Positions 37,001 to 44,003 of a DNA stretch of 64,000 nucleotides are shown here, piece after piece. Position numbers and translations under genes: made by a program. The notes beneath the pieces are model-generated. The model worked only from the letters and a program-made list of their open reading frames with translations, was not told the origin of the DNA and did no database searches. Source of the DNA: Vicinamibacterales bacterium (GTDB taxonomy: Bacteria; Acidobacteriota; Vicinamibacteria; Vicinamibacterales; CAVVIG01). Each line of letters starts with the position of its first letter. Position 1 is the first letter of the stretch. Where the stretch lies: assembly GCA_036557365.1 (NCBI GenBank), contig DATBHR010000099.1, positions 340 to 64,339 on the forward strand, read 5' to 3'.

Positions 37001-37457
37001 CAATGTTGCCGGCGATCGCGTGCCTTTCACCAGCCCGTCGGCCGGAATCTGGGGTCCGAAGGTGATGATCATCAATGAAATGGCCGGCTCGGGCGGCGAC
37101 CTGATGCCGTACATGTTCCGCAGCCGCAAGATCGGTCCGCTGGTCGGCAAGCGCACATGGGGCGGCCTCGTGCACACGGCCGACACGCCGACCTTCATCG
37201 ACGGCGGCAGCATGATCGCGCCGCGCGGCGGTTTCTTCTCGAAAGAAGGCAAATGGGCGGTCGAGAACGAAGGGATCGCTCCGGATATCGATGTCGAGAA
37301 CTGGCCGAAGGATGTGATCGCCGGCCACGATCCGCAGCTCGAACGCGCGGTTCAGGAAGGACTGCGATTGCTCAAGGAACATCCGGTCAATCGAATGACC
37401 AGTGAGCCGCCGCCGCCGACGTGGGGCAAGCGGAAGAATGGCAGCTCGCAGTTCTAG
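34062..37457 (+). CDS. tricorn-protease-like S41 peptidase (TolB-type propellers + PDZ + S41 domain)
   Basis: AGGAGC lies 6 nt before the ATG at 34062, and a signal peptide is present. The N-terminal block is LLRSPTVSATQIAFAYANNIWIV...FSPDGTTIAFSGEYAGNTDVYIV. WSPDG/WSPDS propeller repeats recur. The C-terminal part has DERYNGGG...MAGSGGD, as in the S41/tricorn core. Confidence 0.85.
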   Translation: MSFRRLALASVALVVAGVVHRAPLSANGQGTRLLRSPTVSATQIAFAYANNIWIVERAGGAARRLTSFQGQTSNPHFSPDGTTIAFSGEYAGNTDVYIVPVAGGEPTRLTWHPGADTAQGWTPDGTKVLFTSSRASAAPNATPRFWMVPAAGGVEEPMQLPRGYQGKLSPDGSHIAYRMNSSWDEERRNYRGGQNRPIWVVDLKTFDLVSPPWTDSKDVDPAWIGDTVYFISDRDGVANVWSFEPNTKKLAQLTRFTDFDVKTLDSGGGSIVFEQAGYVHELDPRSGKEHIVTITAAGDFPWMMPHWEDVTTRMTNIGLSPTGKRAVAEARGEIFTIPVEKGDVRNMTHSSASAERDPAWSPDGKYLSYFSDKSGEYQLVIEEQDGLTPPRTIALERPTHYYTPGWSPDSKKLVYTDTNLKVWVMDVASGKAKIVGSDPWMVPQRTVNPTWSPDSKWIAYAVHLNSLYHAIVVANVESGETKQVTDGLADAIWPVWDASGKYLWFLASTDFGLKSQWLDMTSYPYNPTFGLYLAVLKKSDPSPLLPESDEDKGVGSTSRRREGSDSEDDSSPDRATTSPGAPAAASVTVQIDFTGLAQRIIAVPGMPERAYSHLKAGVSGTVFYLETDSPSAADAGPATRGSALMRYRLRDRRAARFMSNVAEYSVSADGRKLLYRTASEGGGRGAAANESRPQLFVVDADRAVPQAGQGHVNATLRMFLEPKAEFAQIFNEGWRNQRDYLYVKNMHGTNWADDKERYGEMLPYVNHRADLNYLLDTMGAEIAIGHSYVRGGAMPEVPASVGGLLGADFTIESGRYKIARIYDNESWNVDLHAPLAGPGVDVNVGDFIVAINGVELRAPDNIYRLLDGTSGRQTVIAVNSRPSMDGARNVTVVPVPNEQPLRTRAWVEANRRLVDKLSEGKLAYVYLPNTGQPGYSSFNRYYFSQQDKKGAVIDERYNGGGSAADYIIDVLQRDFDGYFNNVAGDRVPFTSPSAGIWGPKVMIINEMAGSGGDLMPYMFRSRKIGPLVGKRTWGGLVHTADTPTFIDGGSMIAPRGGFFSKEGKWAVENEGIAPDIDVENWPKDVIAGHDPQLERAVQEGLRLLKEHPVNRMTSEPPPPTWGKRKNGSSQF

Positions 37458-37488
37458 CGGGCGCGGATCGCGAGCGCGCGTGCGAACG

Positions 37489-38448
37489 ATGCGCTTCGGC
37501 GGATTCTCGATATTCGTCGTGTGTGTCCTTGGGTTGCTTCGTGTGTCAGCGCAGCAGCCTCCGGTGTTTCGCGGCACGAGCGAAGTCGTTCCGGTCTTCG
37601 TCACCGTCATCGACAAGGACGGCCGCCTCGTCACCAAGCTCGGTCGTGACGCGTTCGAGCTACGCGACGACGGGAAGCCGCAGCCGATCACGCAGTTCGA
37701 CGATACGCCGCGGCCCATCCGGCTCATTGTCATGCTCGACGTCTCGGCGAGCATGGAAGGCAACCTGCCGTTGCTCCGCGCCGCCTCGCAGCAGTTGATC
37801 GGGCGACTGGGGCCAGACGATGTCGCGCGCATCGGAACGTTCGGCCGCGAGGTCACCATCAGTTCGACGTTCACGCGTGATGCCGACACGCTTCTGGCGT
37901 CCTTGCCCGACTCAATCGCGCCTGATGCGCCGACGCCGCTGTGGCGGGCGATCGATCAGGCAATGGATACGTTCGGTCAGGACAGCGAGAGCCGTCCGGT
38001 GATTCTCGTCCTCAGCGACGGGAAGGATTTTGTGCCTCCGAGCTTTCGTCAGCGTACGGTCAGCCAGGCCGAAGTCATCGACCGGGCACGCAAGGAAGAG
38101 GTGATGATCTACGGCGTCGGCATGCGCAGCCGGCCCAGGCAACAGACGATGCCGCCTGGCATCGGTCCCGGTGCGCTGCAGGCGATGCTGATGGCCGACT
38201 TTCCCGATCCGGGTCTCGCGCGCGTCGCTGAAGAAACCGGCGGAGGCTATGCGGAAATTCGCTTCGGGCAGGATCTCGGCGCCGCCTTCGCGCGCGTCGC
38301 CGACGAGTTGCACAGTCAGTATCTGCTTGGCTTCGCACCGCCCAAACGCGACGGAAAAACGCACAACATCAGCGTGCGGATGGTGCGCGGCGGCCTGACG
38401 CCGCGCGGCCGAAAGAGTTACATCGCGCCGAAAGGCGAATCGCGATGA
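37489..38448 (+). CDS. VWA domain-containing protein (acidobacterial VWFA-related type)
   Basis: It has a signal peptide, then FRGTSEVVPVFVTVIDKDGRLVTKLGRDAFELRDDGKPQPITQF and a MIDAS-like LIVMLDVSASM. This matches my recollection of TIGR03436. Confidence 0.8.
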   Translation: MRFGGFSIFVVCVLGLLRVSAQQPPVFRGTSEVVPVFVTVIDKDGRLVTKLGRDAFELRDDGKPQPITQFDDTPRPIRLIVMLDVSASMEGNLPLLRAASQQLIGRLGPDDVARIGTFGREVTISSTFTRDADTLLASLPDSIAPDAPTPLWRAIDQAMDTFGQDSESRPVILVLSDGKDFVPPSFRQRTVSQAEVIDRARKEEVMIYGVGMRSRPRQQTMPPGIGPGALQAMLMADFPDPGLARVAEETGGGYAEIRFGQDLGAAFARVADELHSQYLLGFAPPKRDGKTHNISVRMVRGGLTPRGRKSYIAPKGESR

Positions 38449-38464
38449 GCGATGTCGATGCGCG

Positions 38465-39637
38465 TCACGATGCCGCGAACAGCGAGGCGATCGTGTTCAC
38501 CGCTCGCTCGGCCTCGGCGCGGTCCGGCTTCTCGTTGTCCTCGTTGTAGCCGTAGTAGTCGCTCTCGCCGGTGACCTGAAACACGAGACCGTCGCGACGC
38601 GGGACGAACCCGACGTTCTTGTAGAAGAGCCCGTAGGTCACGTCGGAGTCCGGCATGGTGCGCGCGAGCTGTCCGCGCACCGGAACGATCGAGTTGTCGG
38701 CGAACAGCGCACGCGCACCGTACCCGGTGGCGTTGACCAGCGTCTTTTCCTTCAAACGGACGAAATCTGCCGGCGTGTGAAATTCCGCGATTTCGATCTT
38801 GCCGCCGTTCGCGGTGAAGTCCGTCACCAGCGTTCGCGCATACGAAGTGATGTTGAACATCAGCTGCGAATTGCGCATCAGGGTCCGGTGACCCAACGTG
38901 TGCTGGCCGGGCTCGTACTGAACGGGGCGCGGCACGAGATCGGGGATCAGCTCGCGCTGCAGTTCCGCGAACGGCGGCTTGCCTTCCAGTGGCGGGCGAG
39001 ACCGTTCCGCCGCGGGATCGTCGGACACGAAGTAGCTGTCGATGAACTCGACGGGTGTGCCGGCGAGGCCGAGAAAACTCTGATACCTCTCGAACGAAGC
39101 TCGAGCCATCTGCGCCCACTGCTGCTTGAACGCCGGCGTTGCGTGTTCCTCCAGGCAAATGCGCGAATCCGGAGTGAACAGCCCTGTCGCCAGCGAGGAG
39201 CGCACATTCGGCGGCATGTCCTTGGCGTAGATCGTCACGTGCGCGCCGGCGCGCTGCAGCAGCAGCGCCGTCGTCAAGCCGAGCGCGCCGCAGCCGATCA
39301 CCGCGATGTCGTGTTCGCCCGTCGCCATCGCATTGGCCGTGGCGATGGCGCCCGAGCCCCACGACAATGACCACCCGCTGCCGCCGTGGCCGTAGTTGTG
39401 GACGACCGTCTTCGTGCCGATCTTCTCCACGTCGAGCCGCGGACCCTGCGCGCGGAAGGGACGGGTGCAGACCGTGATGCGCGTGATGTGATCGACACCC
39501 GTGCGCAGCGGCCGCAGCTGCAACGTGGGCGTGGCGGGTCCTTCGCGCACCGACCGGCAACCGTCGAGGATGCCGAGTGCGGCAACCGCTCCGGCGCCCG
39601 CGAGGAACTGACGACGTCCGATGACTGATTTCTGCAT
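38465..39637 (-). CDS. FAD-dependent oxidoreductase (DAO family) with twin-arginine signal
   Basis: The Tat motif is GRRQFLAGAGAVAALG. The dinucleotide fold is DIAVIGCGALGLTTALLLQRAGAHVTIYAKD. Confidence 0.75.
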   Translation of the reverse strand: MQKSVIGRRQFLAGAGAVAALGILDGCRSVREGPATPTLQLRPLRTGVDHITRITVCTRPFRAQGPRLDVEKIGTKTVVHNYGHGGSGWSLSWGSGAIATANAMATGEHDIAVIGCGALGLTTALLLQRAGAHVTIYAKDMPPNVRSSLATGLFTPDSRICLEEHATPAFKQQWAQMARASFERYQSFLGLAGTPVEFIDSYFVSDDPAAERSRPPLEGKPPFAELQRELIPDLVPRPVQYEPGQHTLGHRTLMRNSQLMFNITSYARTLVTDFTANGGKIEIAEFHTPADFVRLKEKTLVNATGYGARALFADNSIVPVRGQLARTMPDSDVTYGLFYKNVGFVPRRDGLVFQVTGESDYYGYNEDNEKPDRAEAERAVNTIASLFAAS

Positions 39638-39691
39638 GGGCAGGTTCTCAGGCCGTGTGTTCGGCGGGCGCGACGCGCCCGCCGTGGTCCG

Positions 39692-40228
39692 TCAGCGCTT
39701 TCGCTGCTGAATCTGTGCGAGGAAGAATTCCTTCAGCTTTTCGTTCGTGAGTCCGAGCTGCGTCGCTTCGTCCAGCGCCTTGTCGGTGTCCCATCCGTCG
39801 ACCATCGTGCGTTTCATGAGCCACATCCCGGCGGCTCTTCCACCGCCCGCTCAATGAATGAACGCCGGCTGGACGCCCGGCGCGGTGATCGTCTTCAGGA
39901 ACGTGTCGACGGCGGCTGGATCCGGCGCCGACCCGCTGAATGGGATGTGATAGTAGGGGATGCCGGTCGCTTTTGCCGCGGCGATGTTCGCGTCGATGTC
40001 GGCACCCGGCTCACTCGCGAGACGCAGGTTGATGATCGACGCGTAACCCATCTTCTTGATTTCGGTGATTGCCGACGGCGTGATGGCGCCCGCGCACGCC
40101 ACCGTCGTTTCAATCTTGGCGAAGTTCCGGATGCCGGGAACTTCCTGCTTCACAACCTGCGCGCTCGCCGCGGCTGCCGTCAGCCAGACGACGGCGAACG
40201 GCGCAACCCTCGCAACCCACAATCGCAT
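39692..40228 (-). CDS. secreted DUF442/DSP-phosphatase-like P-loop protein with an in-frame TGA at the catalytic Cys position (Sec candidate or fresh pseudogene)
   Basis: GGAGGTG lies 5 nt before the ATG at 40226-40228. The signal peptide is MRLWVARVAPFAVVWLTAAAASAQ. The body, ...MGYASIINLRLASEPGADID...GIPYYHIPFSG...PAFIH, is followed by TGA (39851-39853) and then in-frame AGGGRAAGMWLMKRTMVDGWDTDKALDEATQLGLTNEKLKEFFLAQIQQRKR to TGA at 39692-39694. H-[TGA]-AGGG-R reproduces the H-C-X4-R loop. Confidence 0.55.
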
Positions 40229-40433
40229 GGCGCACCTCCGTGGTGCGCAGCTTACCACCTGACGAATGTCAGTTCGCATGCGCCGCGGACCGTCGCTGCG
40301 CCTCACCGTGTTGGACGAGCGACTGCACAGGATCACTCGTTCACCGGACACCTCTTCGGTGCATCCGTCGCTCCGGCCGACGGGATCGTGCCGGTCGAGA
40401 GCTGGCTGGAGGCGCAGCCCGCGATTGTGCCCG

Positions 40434-40982
40434 TCAGCTCGGGAACTCGAGAAACTGACGCGGCACGTGCTCGGTGAGCCAGATGCCGCTCGCCGACAGA
40501 AAGAGCGCGTGGCCGGCTCGGTGCATCTGGCCGGAGAGGACGAGAACCACAACGGGCCGTCCGCGCCGCCGCGCCACGACCTCCGCGGTCGCCACGTCCG
40601 TGGACAGGTGAACAAACCGGCGTCCACCCGCGATCAGCCCTTCCTCGCGGATTCCGTTCAGGAATTTCGCCACCGTCCCGTGATAGAGATGCTGCGGAGG
40701 CGTCTCGGGGATCAGGCCGAGATCGACGTCGACGGAGTGACCGTGACTCGCGCGAATCCTCGCCCGATCGGCCGTCAACACGAAGCGCTGCTTGTCGCTC
40801 GAACGTACCAGCTCTTCGAGTTCGGACCGCGCGAGCGTCGCTCCTCGCGCGGAGAGAGCCGCGAGCAGACTGGTGACGTCGGTGAAGCCCGCCTGATCCA
40901 GCGTGATGCCGAGCGCAGCGGGATCGTGACGCAGCGCAAGGGCGATCAGCCTGCTGGCTCGAACGTTCGGACGGTGCACCAT
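40434..40982 (-). CDS. kptA: RNA 2'-phosphotransferase KptA/Tpt1
   Basis: It contains SRLIALALRHDPAALGITLDQAGFTDV, IRASHGHS, LYHGT and VHLS, the conserved Tpt1 blocks. ATG is at 40980-40982. Confidence 0.85.
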   Translation of the reverse strand: MVHRPNVRASRLIALALRHDPAALGITLDQAGFTDVTSLLAALSARGATLARSELEELVRSSDKQRFVLTADRARIRASHGHSVDVDLGLIPETPPQHLYHGTVAKFLNGIREEGLIAGGRRFVHLSTDVATAEVVARRRGRPVVVLVLSGQMHRAGHALFLSASGIWLTEHVPRQFLEFPS

Positions 40983-41078
40983 CGGGAAGTATCGGGACTG
41001 TACACGCGTTCGCCCGTCGTGAGGCAACGATCCGCTGTCAGGATAGAATCCGGTCTTCCGGCGGCATCGAGACGGGTC

Positions 41079-41987
41079 ATGGCTCCCGCAATGCGTCCTT
41101 CGAATTGGCTCACGTGTTCCGCGGCGACCATCGTCGCCGTGTCGTTGTGCTCCGGCGACCTCGCTGCCGCACCGTCCGCTGGTGTCCTCCGCTCGTTCTA
41201 CGTCGCAAAAAACAGCGCCTTCGGTGGCTGGGGCCACACGATCGTCAGCATCGAACCCATCGGACCCGACGTCCGCGTCCGCCTGATCACCATCGCGTCC
41301 GTCAACGATGTGTGTCCCGACATCCGCGTCGTCCAGGCCGCTGATCGGATCGTGCGGCCGTCGACGGTGCAGGCGCTCGCTCGCGTCCGTCTGTGCGACA
41401 TGACGCAGGAGATCATCGACCAGGCTCTGGCGCGGTCGAAGACACCGCCCGTCAACTACGTCGACTATCTGGGCAGTCAGCAGACCGTGGTCGCAGATTG
41501 CGGCGGACTCTGGGATCTGAGCGAACGCCTGTCCGAAGGCATGCTGACCGCCGGCACGCCGACGTCCGCGGCGGCTTACGAGGCCTTCGGAACCTCACTT
41601 GTACCCGAGCTGCGTTCCGCAAAGTACGCAACCGCGTTCGGCGACGTTCTCGTCAACGAGCTCGAAGGCTACACGGGACCGCCGGCCCAGCGTGAGCCGC
41701 TGCCTGCAGAAGTCCTCGAGCAAGATTCCCTGCCGCTGATCACGTTCGTCGCGCCGAAGTTTCCGCCCATTGCGCTATCCGCGCGGGTCACCGGCGATGT
41801 GCGATTGCGTCTGACCGTCAACGCGGAGACGGGTGCCGTCACGCAAGTAGATCGCCTCGCGGTCAAGCCGCTGCTGGCGGACGCGGCCGAGCAGGCGGTA
41901 CGTGCCTGGACCTTCGATCCTGCACGCATCCCGCGCGCGCCGATCGACGTCACCTTGCGTTTTCAGATTCGCTGTCCCAGGAACTGA
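41079..41987 (+). CDS. secreted protein with C-terminal TonB-like domain
   Basis: It has a signal-like N-terminus. The last ~80 aa, PKFPPIALSARVTGDVRLRLTVNAETGAVTQVDRLAVKPLLADAAEQAVRAWTFDP, resemble TonB_C. The upstream part of the 573-aa track ORF is antisense to kptA and was discarded. Confidence 0.45.
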   Translation: MAPAMRPSNWLTCSAATIVAVSLCSGDLAAAPSAGVLRSFYVAKNSAFGGWGHTIVSIEPIGPDVRVRLITIASVNDVCPDIRVVQAADRIVRPSTVQALARVRLCDMTQEIIDQALARSKTPPVNYVDYLGSQQTVVADCGGLWDLSERLSEGMLTAGTPTSAAAYEAFGTSLVPELRSAKYATAFGDVLVNELEGYTGPPAQREPLPAEVLEQDSLPLITFVAPKFPPIALSARVTGDVRLRLTVNAETGAVTQVDRLAVKPLLADAAEQAVRAWTFDPARIPRAPIDVTLRFQIRCPRN

Positions 41988-41999
41988 CCGACGAACGGG

Positions 42000-42569
42000 C
42001 TATCGGTGAAGCGCTCCTTCGTGCATGAGCGTGTAGCTGCCGACGGAGCGTTCATTGCCGTCCGCCTGCGTGGTCAGGAGGATCTCGACTGTGGTGACGG
42101 GGAGTTGACGGACCCATTTCGCGGGCAGCGAGTAGATGACTTCGTCGGGCGAGCCGCCGGCGACGTATCCGGTCGAGCGGAGCACTTCGTTTCCCGCGAC
42201 GCGTTGTGACATGGTCACCTCGCCTGCGCCGCCAAAGTTGGCGCGCAGCCGGAGCACCATCACCTCGTCGTCCGCCCACACGGCGCAGGGGACCACGGCA
42301 CCTGGCGACAGGACGAACGTCCGCACGTGCACCCCGTCGCGTGCCAGCTGGTTCAGGACATCTTCCGTGACGAAGCCGCCGACGTCGGCGGATCGGATTG
42401 CGGGCGGAATCGCGCGCACGAGTGCGTCGATCTCGGCCGCCCGCACCGCGCAGTCGGCACACGAGAAGAGGTGCTCTTCGATCGCCGCCGCGTCGGCGTC
42501 GGACAACTCGCCCGCGGCGTAGTCGGTCAGCGCGGCGAGCGCGATCCGGGCGCATCCTGCAGGAGTCAT
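42000..42569 (-). CDS. zf-HC2 anti-sigma factor
   Basis: The N-terminus, LTDYAAGELSDADAAAIEEHLFSCADCAVRAAEIDAL, carries the H-x3-C-x2-C motif. It overlaps the sigma factor stop by 4 nt. Confidence 0.65.
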   Translation of the reverse strand: MTPAGCARIALAALTDYAAGELSDADAAAIEEHLFSCADCAVRAAEIDALVRAIPPAIRSADVGGFVTEDVLNQLARDGVHVRTFVLSPGAVVPCAVWADDEVMVLRLRANFGGAGEVTMSQRVAGNEVLRSTGYVAGGSPDEVIYSLPAKWVRQLPVTTVEILLTTQADGNERSVGSYTLMHEGALHR

Positions 42570-43144
42570 GAGCGCACTCCTCCCATCACGCAGTCGCGAA
42601 GGCGCACGATCGCCCGATGCCGGATCACACGAACGGCGCCCGGCGAGAGGTTCAACTCCTCGGCGATGCGCGGCGCCTCACGATCCGCGTAGTACGTGAG
42701 CATGACGACGAGCCGTTCCCGCTCCGCGAGTTCGCGCAGGCACGCGGCCACGCGCGGACCATCGAGCGCCGCCATCGACGGCGGTGCGGTCTCGAACGAT
42801 GTATCGACGAAGCGCGCCGTCAGCGACTCCCTTCGCCGCGCGATCCGGCGTTCGGCGTGGCACATCATCCGGCTGGTTCCCAGGATGAACGATCCGATCA
42901 GCTCCATTTTCTGTACTTCGCCGGCCCGCAGCCGTTCGATCGCGAGCAGGAGGACTTCCTGCGCGAGATCGTCGGCGGCCGCATCGCTCCGCAGGTGGCG
43001 GCGGCCGTAGAGCCGAACCCGCGGTGCGAAGCGGCGATAGAGCTCCGATTCCTCGGCGTCGGTGGATCCCGAGGGACCGCCGGCAATTCGCCGCGCAAGC
43101 GCTTCGTCGCTCACGGCCTCGATCGTCGCGTGCGTGTCCGGCAT
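42566..43144 (-). CDS. ECF-type sigma-70 family RNA polymerase sigma factor
   Basis: Region 2 is LYRRFAPRVRLYGRRHLRSDAAADDLAQEVLL. Region 4 is YYADREAPRIAEELNLSPGAVRVIRHRAIVRLR. Confidence 0.85.
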   Translation of the reverse strand: MPDTHATIEAVSDEALARRIAGGPSGSTDAEESELYRRFAPRVRLYGRRHLRSDAAADDLAQEVLLLAIERLRAGEVQKMELIGSFILGTSRMMCHAERRIARRRESLTARFVDTSFETAPPSMAALDGPRVAACLRELAERERLVVMLTYYADREAPRIAEELNLSPGAVRVIRHRAIVRLRDCVMGGVRS

Positions 43145-43159
43145 GCAGCCGGACGGTAC

Positions 43160-43912
43160 TCAAGCGACGCGCGGCGCGTCAAGCGGTGCGGCGCCAAGAC
43201 GACGCTGCAGCATGTCGGCGGCGGACCGCAACGCGGCCGCGCCATCGCCGACGAACGTGGATCCGTGCATCGCCGCGAGAATCTTCGGCTGCAGATCGGC
43301 GAGCTCGTTCAGTCGCCGCCGCGTGGCCGGCGTCAGCGGGACGTAGTCCATCAGGACCGGATGCTGCTGATAAGCGGCCACTGCGGCATCCCATCGGCCG
43401 AGGACGTCGTTGGACGTGACCGGCTCGACGTCGCCGACCTGGTGAAACAGATCCGAGCACAAAAGCACGCCCGATTTCTCTTCGAAGAGCACGCCAGCGT
43501 CCCAGCCGTGCGGCAGATGAGGCGTCGGGACGTATCGATACCGATGACGTCCGGTCTCGATCACATCGTTCTTCGACAAGCCGACGGGAGGACGGTCGGC
43601 GAAGTCTTCGATGTTGACCATGGCGCCCACCTGGCTGCAGATGGCTTGCGCGTTCGGGGCAGCCGCGAGCCATTCGTTCAAGGCACCGCACTCGTCCACC
43701 TCGAAGTGGCTCCAGCTGATCCAGCGGAGCGCCGCGGGATCCATCAGCTTTGCGACGGCGTCACGCACTTCCGGGAACATCTTCCGTAAGCCGGTATGGA
43801 AGAGCAGCGGCTCGTCGTCCTTGATCACGAAGTGATTGAACTGCAGGTCGATCTGCGGCACGTAGATGGACACTCGAAACAAATCGGGCGCAATTTCGTC
43901 GATCCGGGCCAT
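43160..43912 (-). CDS. MBL-fold (ODP/FprA-like di-iron type) protein
   Basis: It contains IAPDLFRVSIYVPQIDLQFNHFVIKDDEPLLFHTG and ISWSHFEVDECGAL (HxExD-like metal motif). The family assignment is tentative. Confidence 0.5.
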   Translation of the reverse strand: MARIDEIAPDLFRVSIYVPQIDLQFNHFVIKDDEPLLFHTGLRKMFPEVRDAVAKLMDPAALRWISWSHFEVDECGALNEWLAAAPNAQAICSQVGAMVNIEDFADRPPVGLSKNDVIETGRHRYRYVPTPHLPHGWDAGVLFEEKSGVLLCSDLFHQVGDVEPVTSNDVLGRWDAAVAAYQQHPVLMDYVPLTPATRRRLNELADLQPKILAAMHGSTFVGDGAAALRSAADMLQRRLGAAPLDAPRVA

Positions 43913-44003
43913 CGAACACCTCCTTGACGCGGCCTCTTTCGCGGCGTCCTGAGAGGAAGTGCCACGAGCCGTCCATGTGTTACGCGGGCCCCGCGGCCAG
44001 ATA

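Noticed and set aside
39663-39683. A 9-bp GC hairpin (GGCGGGCGC-gac-GCGCCCGCC) between the P-loop gene and the FAD oxidoreductase, considered as an intrinsic terminator
   Set aside because: No U-tract follows it on the transcribed (minus) strand. It may be an attenuator or just GC-rich symmetry, and the evidence is insufficient.
39648-39854. A 68-aa minus-strand ORF listed in the track just after the truncated P-loop gene
   Set aside because: It is in a different frame and its composition is implausible. The biologically meaningful reading is the in-frame continuation of the upstream gene past the TGA at 39851-39853.
40266-41987. A 573-aa plus-strand ORF
   Set aside because: It is a composite. 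Its first ~270 codons are antisense to kptA and read as Arg-rich noise. Only the part from the ATG at 41079 (signal peptide onward) was kept.
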